Shown: positions 20,901-45,133 of the stretch, in pieces
How positions within the stretch are numbered: position 1 is the first letter of the stretch
Layout of the letters: each line of letters opens with the position of its first letter
Origin: Tubulanus polymorphus
Taxonomy: Eukaryota > Animalia > Nemertea
Length of the DNA stretch: 64,000 nt
Direction of reading: 5' to 3'
NCBI RefSeq assembly: GCF_964204645.1
Contig: NW_027437430.1
Coordinates: 1 to 64,000 of the forward strand
Program-made: the position numbers and the translations under genes
Notes under the pieces: generated by a model
Databases searched by the model: none
What the model saw: the letters and a program-made list of their open reading frames with translations, nothing else
What the model was told of the DNA's origin: nothing

Positions 20901-22128
20901 ATTACATTTTTAGCATTAATCAATATTTGCTTTCTATGCAATTCGCATTTTCAATTTCACTTAATAGATACACAAGAAATCGATACCTGATTTTTTTCGC
21001 CGGATCGTTCGGATTTTTTTAGTTCCTGTATTTTCTTGTTCCATTTTTTTCATGTCAATGGAATAATTGCTACCGGAATAAGACAGTAATACGGTAGCAT
21101 TATCAGCCTGTTTCGCTTGTTCTAAAGCCGATGCTTGTTCGATGTTGTAAGGATTCCAGTCATTTCTATCATCTTCCCATTCCCACAAATAATACCCTAA
21201 AAACAATTAGAAAATATTTTCCGATTGAAAAAGAAAATTCATAACCCCAGTGAATTCATGTACTGATTATGGTTTTAATTCTTTAAGCGCAAGTATTTTC
21301 AATGGTTTCAAAACTGCTCTAAAGACTTTATTTTTCTACCCAGGCATCGGACTTCAAATACCGGTATTTCAATTGTAAACATTTTCTTTTATTAAATCAA
21401 CCACTGATTGTTTAAACATACTTTTCAATGTTTTAATTGCCTTAAAATGGTGTCTACCACTAAATAGGGCACAAAAGATGGCAATAACAATAGTGTTATA
21501 ATAATAATAATAAGCTAATATGTACCATCATCACTTGTGTCATGGTAAGTACACCGCACTCTCCGCTGCCAACCAGTTTTTTTATTTTTCTGAGTTCCTT
21601 TCGCGAAATTGATCAGTACAGAGACACCAGATATTGAGAGCGTAACCTAAAAAAACAAATATGATGCAACAATAAACTATAAACAGCACATTCAGAAAAC
21701 CAGAAAAATCAGCAGAATCACGCATTAAACTTACATCCTTCTTTTTGTTCTGATAGGCATTACATATTTGTGTATTGTGTTGATCTGAATATTTCGTCCA
21801 CTTTTCGTTATCTTCCCATTCCCAATGTAATGACAAATTCACTGATGGCTGTTCATCACCACTGTTCTTTGCTGATCTTGTTGAAGACCTTTGTTTTTTA
21901 CTGGGTGTTTCAGCTGCATCTCCCCCACCACCTTTCAATTCATAAAGTAAACAAAGCGCAAATTGTATAATCATTTGTTAAAAATAAGGCAATACGCCAC
22001 AATGAATGTATCTTTAAATGGGTCTCCAAAGAATTGTGAACAAAGTTTAATTTGAATTTGCGTTTATACCAAAAAGCATCAGTCTCGTCATTTTTACCTG
22101 TTGTTGCTTTTCGTTTAGGGCGTGGCAT
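17916..22128 (-). CDS. PARP2: Poly(ADP-ribose) polymerase, PARP2-like, with two N-terminal WWE domains, WGR, regulatory and catalytic domains; multi-exon
   Basis: [12 protein letters not shown] and [13 protein letters not shown] (WWE); [11 protein letters not shown]...WFRWGRVG (WGR); [24 protein letters not shown] (regulatory); [36 protein letters not shown] (H-Y-E triad present). Confidence 0.9.
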
Positions 22129-24327
22129 GATTCGATATTAACTACAGCGTGTTAAACTGTGTTGGATCTATCAGTGTGCCAAATTTCGCGACTAGAAAAA
22201 ACTCAAAACAGGACGATATTCGCGTTTTAATGACAGAAATTCATCGAAATTCAAACCAGATTCAGCACCGTGCGTGAAATACGTCATCGAAATACGCGTC
22301 GAATACGTCATCAGTTCGCGTGTATTATTGGTGACGCAACGCTAAATCGTGTACATGGACTCAGCGTGTAATTAGTGAGGGTTTGATTTGTTTACACGTA
22401 TTTAAACTGCTATGACACATGAGGTAAGCGTTAGTGGAGGTTTTTACTGTTGTAAATGTATTGAACTATTGAATAATGATGAAATCAGCGCCAAATCTTA
22501 ATAAAATACAATAGAAATCAACGTCAAATAGCGCAAGTCCTAGCACCACTCCCCCTCTCACTCGATTCTGAATCTTGCCCGAAAACTGAAGTCCTGAATT
22601 TTTGAAAAGCTGGAGGTATATCCGGGATACGTATTTTCTTGTTGTCATTTCGTCATATGATATCGCAAAATTCAGTTATACAGCAAATTCCTATCATGAT
22701 TTATCAAACCCTGTGGCTGTTAAATGTGGGCAATTTATATTAGGCCTAATATAAAAAAAGTAATTGATAACAACCCACACTCACTGACTCCTGCAGTACC
22801 AACCAACCATCATTTTACTAAAGAACTGTGTATTATTTATCTATTTACTCAAATTGAAGCCGTAGAGAGCAGCCCAAAATCATGATACAAGTAACCCATC
22901 AGAGAGTGACAGCGCTATCAGTCAATTTTCCCCTACTCCATGATTTATTGGCAGCTCTGAAAAACATAATCCATATAATAGGGGCCTTATAGATAATTCA
23001 GTATTTATCTATTAGTAATCACATTGTCATATAGATTTGTTTTATAATTTGCCAATCACAGAGAATATTGACCTATTGAAAAATAGTATATACACGTTTC
23101 AGTAGCGGTGTACTGATTAGGTATTCGTCACATGACTTGAAGGTTTGCAGTACTGGTGTAACTGGTGTCAACCGATCTGGTCAAAACAGGCCTTAAATTG
23201 AGATAGTTTCATTTGTGGAAGAGTAACCTATATAACAATAATAGTTATGGCGTATGTCAGGGTAGGTTTACTGAACGTTACTGTTACAATATGGTTGAGT
23301 GTGCAATATGCAGAAATCTTGTAAGTCTGAATTACAGTTGTGCTATACTAGTAAACTAGTGCTTTATGGTTTACACTCATGTGACACCTTAGTTTTATAT
23401 CGTACACAGTGCTGGCTCGCTGGCTGGCTCGCTGGCTGGCTGTCTGTGTATACTGTGACGTTATTGTCAGATGTCTTTATTTTAAAAATGTGAAGAATGT
23501 CACATGTGGGAGGACGGTAAAATATTTGCGAAGAGTTTTGTATTGTTTGGCAAATACGTCCATTGTGAATGTGACACCGGTTTTATCGCAAGTAGAATAG
23601 ATCTTCTTTAAGAAATACTTAAGTCTTAAATTCGATTTTGCGGTATGACAGATAATCCACTTGGGCTTTATAGTCATCTGAAAAAGTGTGTAAAAGTGTT
23701 AATTTTCTTATGTTTTTAGACTCAATTGCTAATGATAATTAGGCTTGTCATCCTTTAAACAACTCGATTTTATGGAATGACTGATAATCCACTTGAGCTC
23801 TTTATAGTCACCTGAACAGGTTTTTCTGAAGACTGAGCCTACTTTCCTATGAAAACTTTTTTGTCATTCGGTTATAATTCATTTTAGGCTTAAACCTGAA
23901 ATGGAAGTTTCAGCGATGTAACCTTGAACTGTGTGTATGATGAGACAGATGGTTTAGTAATAAAATTAATACTATGTGGGTGTCAATTCAAAGGTTAATT
24001 GACTTGAGGGCATCATCTTTAGTACATGGTTTTTCAATTCATTATGAAACTATTGGATGTGAAATCTGGTTTAGTCAAGCCGACGCCACTTTTTATGACA
24101 TAGAAAAAATTCATCGAACAAACAAAATGTAATCATTATAATTTGCTGTCAAATGAAATATTGAATGTTTTTGTCTGCGATACTGTGCTAGGAATAGGCT
24201 ATAATGAATGGTTTGAAGTTGGTGGATACGTAATGTTTGAATGTGTACGTACGAGGTATATGATTTTGTGTGGGGGGTAGGGCAGATAGATTCAACACCT
24301 GTAGCTTACTGTTAACATTCGTAAATG

Positions 24328-24427
<100 letters not shown>

Positions 24428-24913
24428 CTTTTCATTATATATGCCATGTCATAATACTTCTGATTATTTAAACCTGGTTCTTTAACTATTATTTATCCCT
24501 ACAGGAAGTAAATAGCAGATAAATGGAAGAACAAAGCGTTCAAAATGTTGCCTAGAATCATGAATTTCATCAGTATGCCTAGTCGTTAAGACAGTTGTGA
24601 TGTAGTCTCTTTATCGTCTGTTATTCCTCGACTAGGGTCATATCAGTATTTAGCCTACATTAATATGTAACAGAATGAACAGATTTCGAAATGGTGTCTG
24701 AAATATTTGAACATACCGACCGGTGTTTATTGTTAACATTTCTTCAGTCCCAACAACCGATTGAATTTAATCCGAAGAACTTCAAACAAATTTTTGCAGG
24801 TTCATCCCAAGAAATTACTCTTAGGCTCTCCAAACATTAATCGACTATGTGATCAGTTAACGTGGTTTAATCAGTGGTAAAGATGAAGTTGACCAGGATG
24901 CTAACGCAACACG

Positions 24914-35202
<10,289 letters not shown>

Positions 35203-38200
35203 CGCTGGTAATTTACGTTTCGAAAATCTCTACGGCGAATAAATGTCATCGCGCTTCGGTAAAAAGTGAGGTCGTTTTATCATCATCATCATCATCATTC
35301 TGTGAACTGGCTGTTAGGAACGTGCGTAGTTATAATCTCTCGATGTATGGAACGGAGGAACCGCTCTAAAACTGTCTTCTATGTGTACGATGTTTATGGG
35401 TAATAATTCTAAGAGTGATATAATATAAACCGTAATTCCTCTGTGATGAACGTTCAGCTTAACATGTGTAGTCTGTGATGAGACCGATAGTTAGTGAGTG
35501 CCTTTTCACGCCCTGAAAACTTGTTTTTATTTTTACTCCTGAGGCGAAATGAGAGAAATAACTTCGAGAACAAAATAGTATTTGATTAATCTTCCTGATG
35601 ACTGTAACGGCGAATCATTTCATTCAATTAATCGCATATTTTTGGATCAGATTATTTATTTATTTTCAGGAATTCGTTATTCTTGTAATAGCGCTGAAAA
35701 CTATTTTCTCTTGAGGCTGCCACCAGTATTAGAATTGTTCCATAAAACGTAAACGCTATTAAGTGGCAATCACTAAAATCCTAATGTTGATATTGAGAAG
35801 GTTATACAAGAGTGCCTGTCTTCGCGGATGTATCTTTTATAAGTTTTTAAACGTAATGCCTTCAGATAACGTAATGCTCATGACTTGTAAAACATTGAAA
35901 CCTTCAATTGCGTGTGCCATTTGGTCAGTATTTCATGATTCTGTAAAATGAGAGAATAAAAACGAGTCCATGCCGGTGTTTGAAATTCATTACAAGTGAA
36001 AACACACTATAAATATCCTAAATCCTAGTTTATGTCATATGTTTGATATGCTTGATATGATACAACAATGGCACTTATTGAGACTGTGTTTTAGGCCAGT
36101 GTGTATAGTAATGGGTCTATAATTTGTATTGTGTGGATGTCTGTATGTAACTAGTACATTGTGTCACTTTTAAGAAAAAGGAATGATATAAAAGAATGAA
36201 TGATCATGTATCGGAAGTGTATCTATGATACACATTTATATACATTAGAGTTTCAACTGAAAAAGTGAACTCCTTGGGTTCTATTGCAAGCTGCCAAACA
36301 TACATGTGCGTGTATATGATAATGTAACGATATAAGATTGTTAAAATTTGATAATATAAAATGAGGTATGATAATTGATATCAAAGAATTGCTGAAAAAT
36401 TGCCACTGATGAAATTTTTTTAAAGAATTAGAAGTATGGGTTCATTGATCAGGTATTCAAACTATAAGATTCTTAGCTGATTATGCCTGCTGTTATTAAA
36501 TGATGTGTATACTAATCAGTTGTCATTTAATCTTTATATTTTTCTATTTGAAAATTGAATACCTTCCACCATCGACGACGAATTTCTTCCATTTTATGTG
36601 AAAATGCTGATCTTTTTTTAAGGTTTTTTTTGTACAATTTACTAACATTCTCCTGAAATTGATGCGGTCGATTGTAACCATCCCGTCGAACTTGCTGAAA
36701 ACTGCTATATACACACAGTAACACACTGTACTTGGTGATTTGATAAACAGCAGAACTTATCAGTGTTTGAAATACTCAGAATTGAGACGATCAATCAGTG
36801 GATTGTGAGCACCCTCTATTGAGTTAGATATTCACCGAGATTTCGTGTCACTAATTTCTAATTCTGTTATTCGCTTAAAAGTTACATTCTTAGTTATTCA
36901 ATCCTATGCAGCGGATCTTTTTCAAATGCAGCGCTATCTTATTTTACACGATTTTCTGCTGTTATTGATTCATGCAATTATTTTAGATATTTCTGGCTGT
37001 CTATGCAGGTAATTTGGTTTATTTATGAATTCATGGATGTTTGATTTTATCCAGAATGAGATTTCTACATTATGCATTGTTCCCAATTCAATGATTTATC
37101 AGATGTTGTTTATTTTTATGTGTATTAGAAAACAAAACCAGTTTTTAAGAACCAACTTTTAATCTTGCTAGAGATGCAATGTGATTGGATTTATTCCCGT
37201 ATAAGTAATTGTTAACCAAATGACCATAGTTTAACCATTACAGGTATATCGCCACGTGAATGACTGATATTGCGAAATGCAGTTGATTTTATTGTAATTT
37301 ATCAAGTCTTAAATACGAGTATAAGATTATGAGTAGTGTACTTAGAGTAAGGATCAGTAACTCTTGATTCAAGATCTTTAAAGTCATGATGTTCTTTGTA
37401 AATGAGAATTATTTGATCCTTATTTTATTAGTGTTTAATTATGAATATGAACCAGGCTGATCGAAGCCTAGCTTTATCAACTACCTCACCTTGTTTATCC
37501 CCTGGTTGTAAATAAATGTTGACGTGTAATTTTGTCCGATTTTAACATATATGAATATGACTTTAATTTTGAAACCAATGGTGGTAATGTCCATAAAAAA
37601 ACGTGTATTCTATAATAATATATTTGTTGTAATGTTTTAAGCGTATTTCACATGTCCAAAGCTGCTTGTCGCTGTCATCTAATGTCATACGATCGACACG
37701 AATACGGCGACCTCACTCCTTGTGCACGTCTTCAGTGAACGTGGTCTTGTTTTGCTCTAGAAAAACTTTGGCTTCCAAACCAGTTATTGATGGTTGATAA
37801 GCTATGATGATGATAGAAGGTGCAGCATTCTGTTATTATTTGCGACGTCACTGGATTACTCGGTGATCTATGTACATGTTCTCCATCATGTGGCTTATAT
37901 TGTAAATACTAAATGCATTTTCATGTTTGTCTGTCACTGATATTTGTGTACTGAGCATTTAGTCACTACTGGAAATGGAAAAAAATATAAACCGTAATTA
38001 TAAGAAAAACTGGCGATTTGAACTTTTCTCTTGTTTGTTTTACGCTCTGCAGATGTCACTCCTTCCTAGCAGATTCAACTTCAGCTCACTTTAAAGTTCC
38101 GAGGGTAAGAATTGCAGGAAATCCTACTCTCTCTTCGATATTCGAATGATTTTAATCCATCAGAATCCCTATAGTAAAATACCACGCACTCAATTTCTTT

Positions 38201-39535
38201 TTATACAAACCAAAATAATTTATTGAGAAAAAAGTGCTTGTTGGACAAATAGTCATACAACCGTTTCTTTTAAGAGGTGTTTTTTCTAATTCTAGAAAAT
38301 AAATTAATGCAAATTATGTACAAAATAAATAGTTAAAATTGCCTTTTCCCGCCTTGCAGGGGTAAACTTAATATAACTTAGCCCTGGGGTTGAATATGTC
38401 ATAATTATATTACTTTGTCGATTTTAAGACTAAAACAAAAATAAAATCATATTTATCTAACTAAATACTATTCCACGGCACACAAAACTCAATATATTAT
38501 TACATTTGCGCCATATAAATCGTGTTAGCATATAGATAGTTTTAGGCATCTTCAAGATCCGATGGCATCCAAATCTAAAAGCGACGTATATAGTAAATAG
38601 CTGTACATAATCTGAGCAAATCTAGGTATTGAGATTCATTACATGAATAAGAAAATTATCTTTTTATCGAAAATGATAATTGATATTGTATACACTTAAA
38701 AAAAAAATTGTCATCAATAAACATCGCGTATATACCGATAAAATGTATACAAACAACCAAAACTCCGCAATAGACGTATTTACAGGTTTAAAAGTTTATC
38801 AAAAGTATAAAACGTATATCTCAAAATGTCTACAATTAACTACTCGTTATGAAAATATCATGAATCTACATGGTTTGATAATGTATGTACAATATAAGTT
38901 TGTTATCGATGAAAATGAAATGAATTAAATGCAATGTTTCCACAACCGTTAAGGAATGCGTCGATCACTCACTCGATAATGCATTCGATATCATTTTCAT
39001 TATGTAGCATCATTTCATACCAGGACCGCTACCGCCATTCTCTTGTTACCACTTGAGTATGGGATGTTTACTGCTAGAAACTGAGAATATAGTGGATTAT
39101 ATTTTCTCTACACGATATCCGCCGATCGTCAGCTAATTTTCTAATTTTTTACGCTACTGTGAGAAATAAATGCCACGAAAAACAGGTGGCCCGACATATT
39201 TTTTGTTATCAATTCGGAATGTGCGGCATTGACGTTATTCCCTTGTAGCGTACCCAGTAACCCTATTCTCACGTAAAGCTGGGGAATATAATATTTCTAG
39301 TCGAGGAATTGATGATCAATCGCCACCGGAAACCGCCGACTTCAGGCTATACCTTATTTCCTCCCAGTAAGCACCCCATATTGTCTTATAGTATAGCATG
39401 AGTGCAAATAACGTAAACAGATTCAATCATCTGACAAAACATATCAAAAAGTCATCAGTGTATACAAAATTATATAAAATCCATTGGTCCCTTGTTCAAG
39501 AATTGTTCAAGCTTTGTAGGCTTCAGCTATGCGTC

Positions 39536-42500
39536 TTATTGCGGCATAGGGATAGGAACAGTTTGATGGACGTCTGTACCAGCGCTTTGAGTCGCTAGGA
39601 GGCGTTGTCGTTGACGTTGTTTCTTGAGAAGGGATCTTTGTCCGCGCATGCATGAACTTTCTTCGTGTTTGTACAGGTAGCTCTTCAAGGCGAATGCTTT
39701 TCCACATCGACCACAAGTGAACGGTTTCAGTGAGGAATGAGTCTGAATATGCGCCCGCAAATTTGATTTATCGGCGAAAGATTTCGAGCAGATATTACAA
39801 GCGAACGGTTTTTCGCCCGTATGCGTTCTTATATGTCCCTGTAACAGCCACGGTCGACTGAAATTCTTTCCGCAGTAGGGGCATTTACACCCCTGAGCAT
39901 GGGTTCGTACATGCATACTGTAAGCTGGCATTGATACGTAGACCTTTTCGCAATGTGGACATTTTCTGGCCTTCTTGTCGTCGAGACTGCGGTGAGTTTG
40001 TCGGTGGCGAGCCAGGTTACTGGAAGTGCTGTAAGATTTTTCACACAAGTCGCACGGAAACGTTTCACCGCTGTCTGATGGAATAGTTGACTCGGGTGAT
40101 GTGGGAGGCGTACAGTCGATACTGAGATCACTGCTACTGTCACCTATTACTGGCACGTTGTGAAATTCCAGATGTTGTTCATCTAAACCAATAAGACTCT
40201 GGTGAATGTGGTCGTTCGCTCTTGTTGTCTTCTGATCTTTGGCCAATAATGTTTCCATTCTGTAGTCGAAACCGGAATGGGGTACATTTTGTTGCGGGAG
40301 AGTTGACGAGAAGAACCAATTGGTGTTGTATGGTGGAGGCATCGGAATGATATGTGGAATGCGAGTTGTCACTGGATGTTGATTATTTGGTGACAGGCAT
40401 TGTGTTGATGTTCGTACGATGGAACTTTCTTTGGTGGCGTAGTTCGATAAATCTAAACCGAGATGTAAAATTGCCCGGGCTGCAAAACTTCTACTCTCCG
40501 CTTCATGGGCTGGTAGATGTTTCTCATATATAACCTGGTCGTCGGGCGAAGGGGTGATTCTTTCGTACTTAATTTCATCTCTGGTCCACTCTTTATCACC
40601 TAAAAAGAAAATTGAAAAACATGTATGTATAGATATGTAAAAGCTCTTAAAAAGTGCATTAGCATACACTGGCTTCATAGTTTCTTCCGTGAGTTCCCTA
40701 GTTGTTCACGAGGCAACCGTTCTAACAAGATTCCCGAGAAATTCTTTCATGGTCCAATGGAATTTGTTGCGAATCTGCCTTTGTTCACAACTATAACTGG
40801 ATTCTTGATGGATTCTCCGACTTTGTTATCGTTTACTGAATTCGATTGCTTGTCAAAAAGGAAGAATAACAAAGAGCGCTTGTCGGAGTCTGGTCTCCAT
40901 GTTTCTGGACGATTTCGCTAGTTTTTTGATAGCGGTTATCGTAACCTAGATAAAACATATTACTGAGTCATTTCCTGAGGATGATTTGCTTTTTGAGACA
41001 ACATCGATACCGTCAACCTCAAACGGCCTAGTTTTACTGATATTACAACCAGGTGAAAGTAAATCCCTTTTAGATTATTTTTGGTCCGATATAAGTGAGG
41101 ATTCTAAACACAATTTGAAGAGCAACGCGGAACATAGGTCTCCAGAAGTGTTTTAACATAACATTTTCAACAAAACTTTTAACAAAACTTTTTCATCAAA
41201 TTTGATTAATTGAATTAATTTTAATCAAAGTTAATCTTACAGATTGAGAATAAACAATTTTCAAAGAGACCAATGTTTTTGCGAAATTAACTCTAAAATT
41301 AGTTTTTCAAGATGTGTTTTTTCATGAAGAAGTTCTCCATGTTCAGTCAACAACGCTCTAATCAGTATCGGCTAGCGGGGCAGGTCGATCGCCTGGACAC
41401 CCGGTTCCGAACGCTAACGGCGACTGTCTCCGAGACCGAAGGTCCGAGCGCACTAGCACACACCTAAGAAATTAGGTGAAGTTGGGTTTTTTTCTGTTTT
41501 CTTCAGCCGGATGATGAAAACCGATGCTTTCAGTTATTGCATAACAAACTGCTAGTAATAGACATACCGATCTATTCGTGTGGTTTTTTTCAGACGATCA
41601 ATCCCAATACAATGGATCTTAAAAAATCATGAAACCAGCATTATTTATGTATATCATCAAAAATACATGTTTATCATATATCTCATTTGATGCAACGATT
41701 GAAAATAATACTCATGGATTCTAGACACATATATTCTTGTTTGTGTAAAATCCGAGTCGACGGTGAAATAAATAATAGTTCTGGATGTAAATAAAGTAGA
41801 TGTAATTGACGAGTGAAGACAGTTGCATAACGGCGATGAGTGATGAATAAGCCTGATGTCGGTCTGAGTCCCGTCTGTCATCATTTACGCGTCAGTTGCC
41901 TGTCAATGTCAACCTCGCTGATCAACCTTATCTGGTGCTGACTGATGTGGTGCTGACCAACACCCTCGATCAATCAGCTCCGTCTGGCCAGTTTTTGTTA
42001 CAAAACCTTGCTATCAGATTATGTATAGTTACTTCAGCTATGGGGATAAGATTCTTCGGCGAATATCCCAGAAAGAGACACAAGATTCCGGTAACAAAAA
42101 AATGGGGGAATTACGTTACGAGGTCAAACTGACTGCACAGTTGCTTTCTCGTGTTACCGCTCCATAGGTAACAACTATTTTTTTGGGATAATAAATCATA
42201 TTCTACGATATAAACAACCGACTTTAGAGCCACCTGGCTTGGAAACGAAGGTAGTTACACACAAAAAAAAACCAGTCAGCTATGCACCTTTTTTGCTAGA
42301 TAATATCCCTAACGTCCATGGATCGACCTCGGAATTGAGTGGACAAAATATACGACGTTCCGAGGGAATGATATCATTTTCTATCAATGGATTTTATCTT
42401 AATGTGCGTCTGGGTTAAACGTGGTACTAAACGTGTTCTAAGTCCAGACGTTTTTAAAAACGTGTAAAGTTTATGCACGATCGGCAGTGATGAGTCACTT

Positions 42501-45133
42501 CACGCATTTTTATTTGAAGTTTGTTTAGCTGATCCAGCAGTGAGACGAACTGTAAACTTGAGGGACGAAATTATGAGTGATTTTTACAGGTGGGGCCCGA
42601 CACATGGGTTGAAAATAAATAGTTAGCTAACTGTTTGCGTAACTGGGGCCACATAGGATAAGATACATTGAACGGTGAACTGAGTTTTTAAAATGTCAGT
42701 AGAGTGGTTGATGAATATACATGTTCTCATATTCAAATAGATGCACCTCGCTTCGATTTACTGATTTTAAGATTACTGAAAACCTTCCATTTATTTCTAA
42801 ACCCACCACTCATGCTTTCAGTTATGAACAATATTAAGGGATTTTTACATCGCAGGTGAATGATGATACAAGATCGAGGCACTGATGGAATTCCCGGGGC
42901 TCGAAACGTCCATCTATCTCTGATAAAAGTGTTGGCCAGATGAAGCTTGTTTTTGAGTCGGGCATCAAGTGTTTTAGCGTGTATAATGTTGTTTACCCAA
43001 AGACGACATCATGGCCGGCATGTGTATCAGACGTTTTGAGTCATTCTGTTCAGAAATAACTCAGCCACTTGAGTCAGTTGCTCGCACGTGTTACTTGTAT
43101 CTGGTATACATTAATGTGTTTGCCTCCTCTCATTCATCTTCTTTGTCTAAGGTGGCTTGTCTTCGAGTGTTTCTTTCTTCGAGTTTTGAAAATCAAAGAA
43201 ATCACTGATTTTGCCACGCACATTTTTTTTCGTCGAGAATATTTATCTGGAATGCCGCACTAAATCCAAGTAGTTTGCAAACTAGGATGTAGTTTTTTAT
43301 TACCTGTCTCTGGCACACTTGTTAAGAACGAACGACCTGGTTTTTTTTTACTTTGGCGTTAATCCAATATCTGAATGGATAAAAACTCCAGATCCGGCCT
43401 AAACCACCTGCGTGAAAAGTTATGGCTAAATCCCTTCTATTCCTTTTTAAAATCTGCAACTTTTGTCAAATTCGTTGGTGAATAGTGTTTTTGTAACGGT
43501 GAGTAGCTGACTCCGTATGCGCACGATTTGAAGATGTTTTGAAGGTGGAATTAGAAAAATATGGATAAAATGAAGACGTATTTGGTGAAAAAACAAAGGA
43601 AATATTTTTGAACAGTTGCTAAGGTAAGCATTTCACCCAAGGTAGAATGGATTATGCAACGTTAACAAAATAATCATGGAAGGAATCGACGAACTTTATC
43701 GGAAGCTGTGAAAACATGTGATTTAAAAATTAGCGTGTTGAATGTAAACAAGATAATTTAAATCCAGACTCGACATTAAGTGATAACACGTTTGGACATC
43801 TATGATAGAAATATTAATCTGAAGTAGAAATGGTTGATAGTATGGCGCACAGAGAGTTTGCGCTGAGATTATGCCGAAAACCTCAAAGCACCGCAAACGT
43901 TTCTTTAATCTATAATATACTTGAGATTAACTTGAGTGGACCAAATTCAATGAACATGCTTTGTATGAATTTTACAGCGCTAACCGACAGTGGTGCGTGG
44001 ATAAGCTACTGAAGTTTTGGCAACTTGATAAAGAGAAATGCGCAGTATCAACAGTAATCCATTAGACGATATTTCACTTTAGGGAACGCATTCGCCTTTT
44101 CCCTAGGTTTTCTTATCAATCACTTATCATAGAAAATTCGGATTACATTTGCATTACTTTTCAAATATTTTTTGTTCCATATTTCTGGAGCAAACGGTTA
44201 TTTTTAATAAAATGATGAGCTGTAAGACGATTTTCTTTGTTTTGGCAAGCAGACAGTGTTCTCCGTCAATCAGTTTGTAACATGATAGTACTATCTTACT
44301 TTCCAGGCATCTGGAACTCTGTAGCATGGCAACTTGCCAAACATTCTGCAACTGCACAAAGAAACCAGTTGCGCCAACAGCATCAGTAATAATGACGTCA
44401 TCGAGATTATGGAATATAGACGCCGCTCACGTAACTTCAATCGATTTTAGATTAAAATATTCATTAATAGTAAGATCTAACAAATAGTAATATATACGTT
44501 TTCTGTTCTATGAAATATGGAGATTTCCACTTAGAAGGAAATGCCACGTTGTTTTTGTTTTGATGATTTCGCAAATAAAGAATTCCCGGTGGTTTCAGAC
44601 GCAATTTCCGCGCGGTGAACCATAAAACACCGCAGTGGATTACCATTGTGTCTTTATCTGACGCGTTACTTATCATGAAATGTTCAAATAATTAAAAAAC
44701 TGATTATGCAATCTCTTTTACTTCCTTTGATATATCACTCTCTAGAGGTATTCCATATTTCACGAATCTTGTTAGTTTATAACACTCACGGATTGTAAAA
44801 CGTTTCAGAGTCCATGATAGGAAAATCAAAAAGCGATCATTCAACATTTGGTTCTATTCACTTTGAAAACAGATAATCACATTCAAAGATGTTAAACCAA
44901 AAACATTTTCAAAACAAATGATTTTAAACCAGATTCATATTGAAAACAAATACCTCGATACTTTGCTTAGAAACTATCACTGAAATAGAGATCATATATA
45001 TTCACAAATATTGCAAATTTTGTAGGATGATCTTACCTTTGATAATATCATACGTTTCGAATCCATGTTCGCCGTCTGAAGATATTGAGTCTGATTTATA
45101 TCTTCTGTTTGTCAATAAAAACGCACGAGGCAT
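39536..45133 (-). CDS. scrt: Scratch (Snail superfamily) zinc-finger repressor; exon 1 45133-45037 (SNAG), exon 2 40599-39536
   Basis: Exon 1 [12 protein letters not shown]... ends AAAG|GTAAGA (phase 1), matching the phase-1 acceptor at 40599; five fingers including [57 protein letters not shown] (scratch-diagnostic). Confidence 0.92.

Noticed and set aside
23650-23815. ~32-bp imperfect direct repeat (GATAATCCACTTG...TTTATAGTCA)
   Set aside because: Two copies only, no TIR/TSD/LTR hallmarks; ordinary local duplication
35203-39500. Short ORFs between VKR and scratch
   Set aside because: AT-rich convergent 3' UTR/intergenic sequence; no coherent exon chain or protein motif
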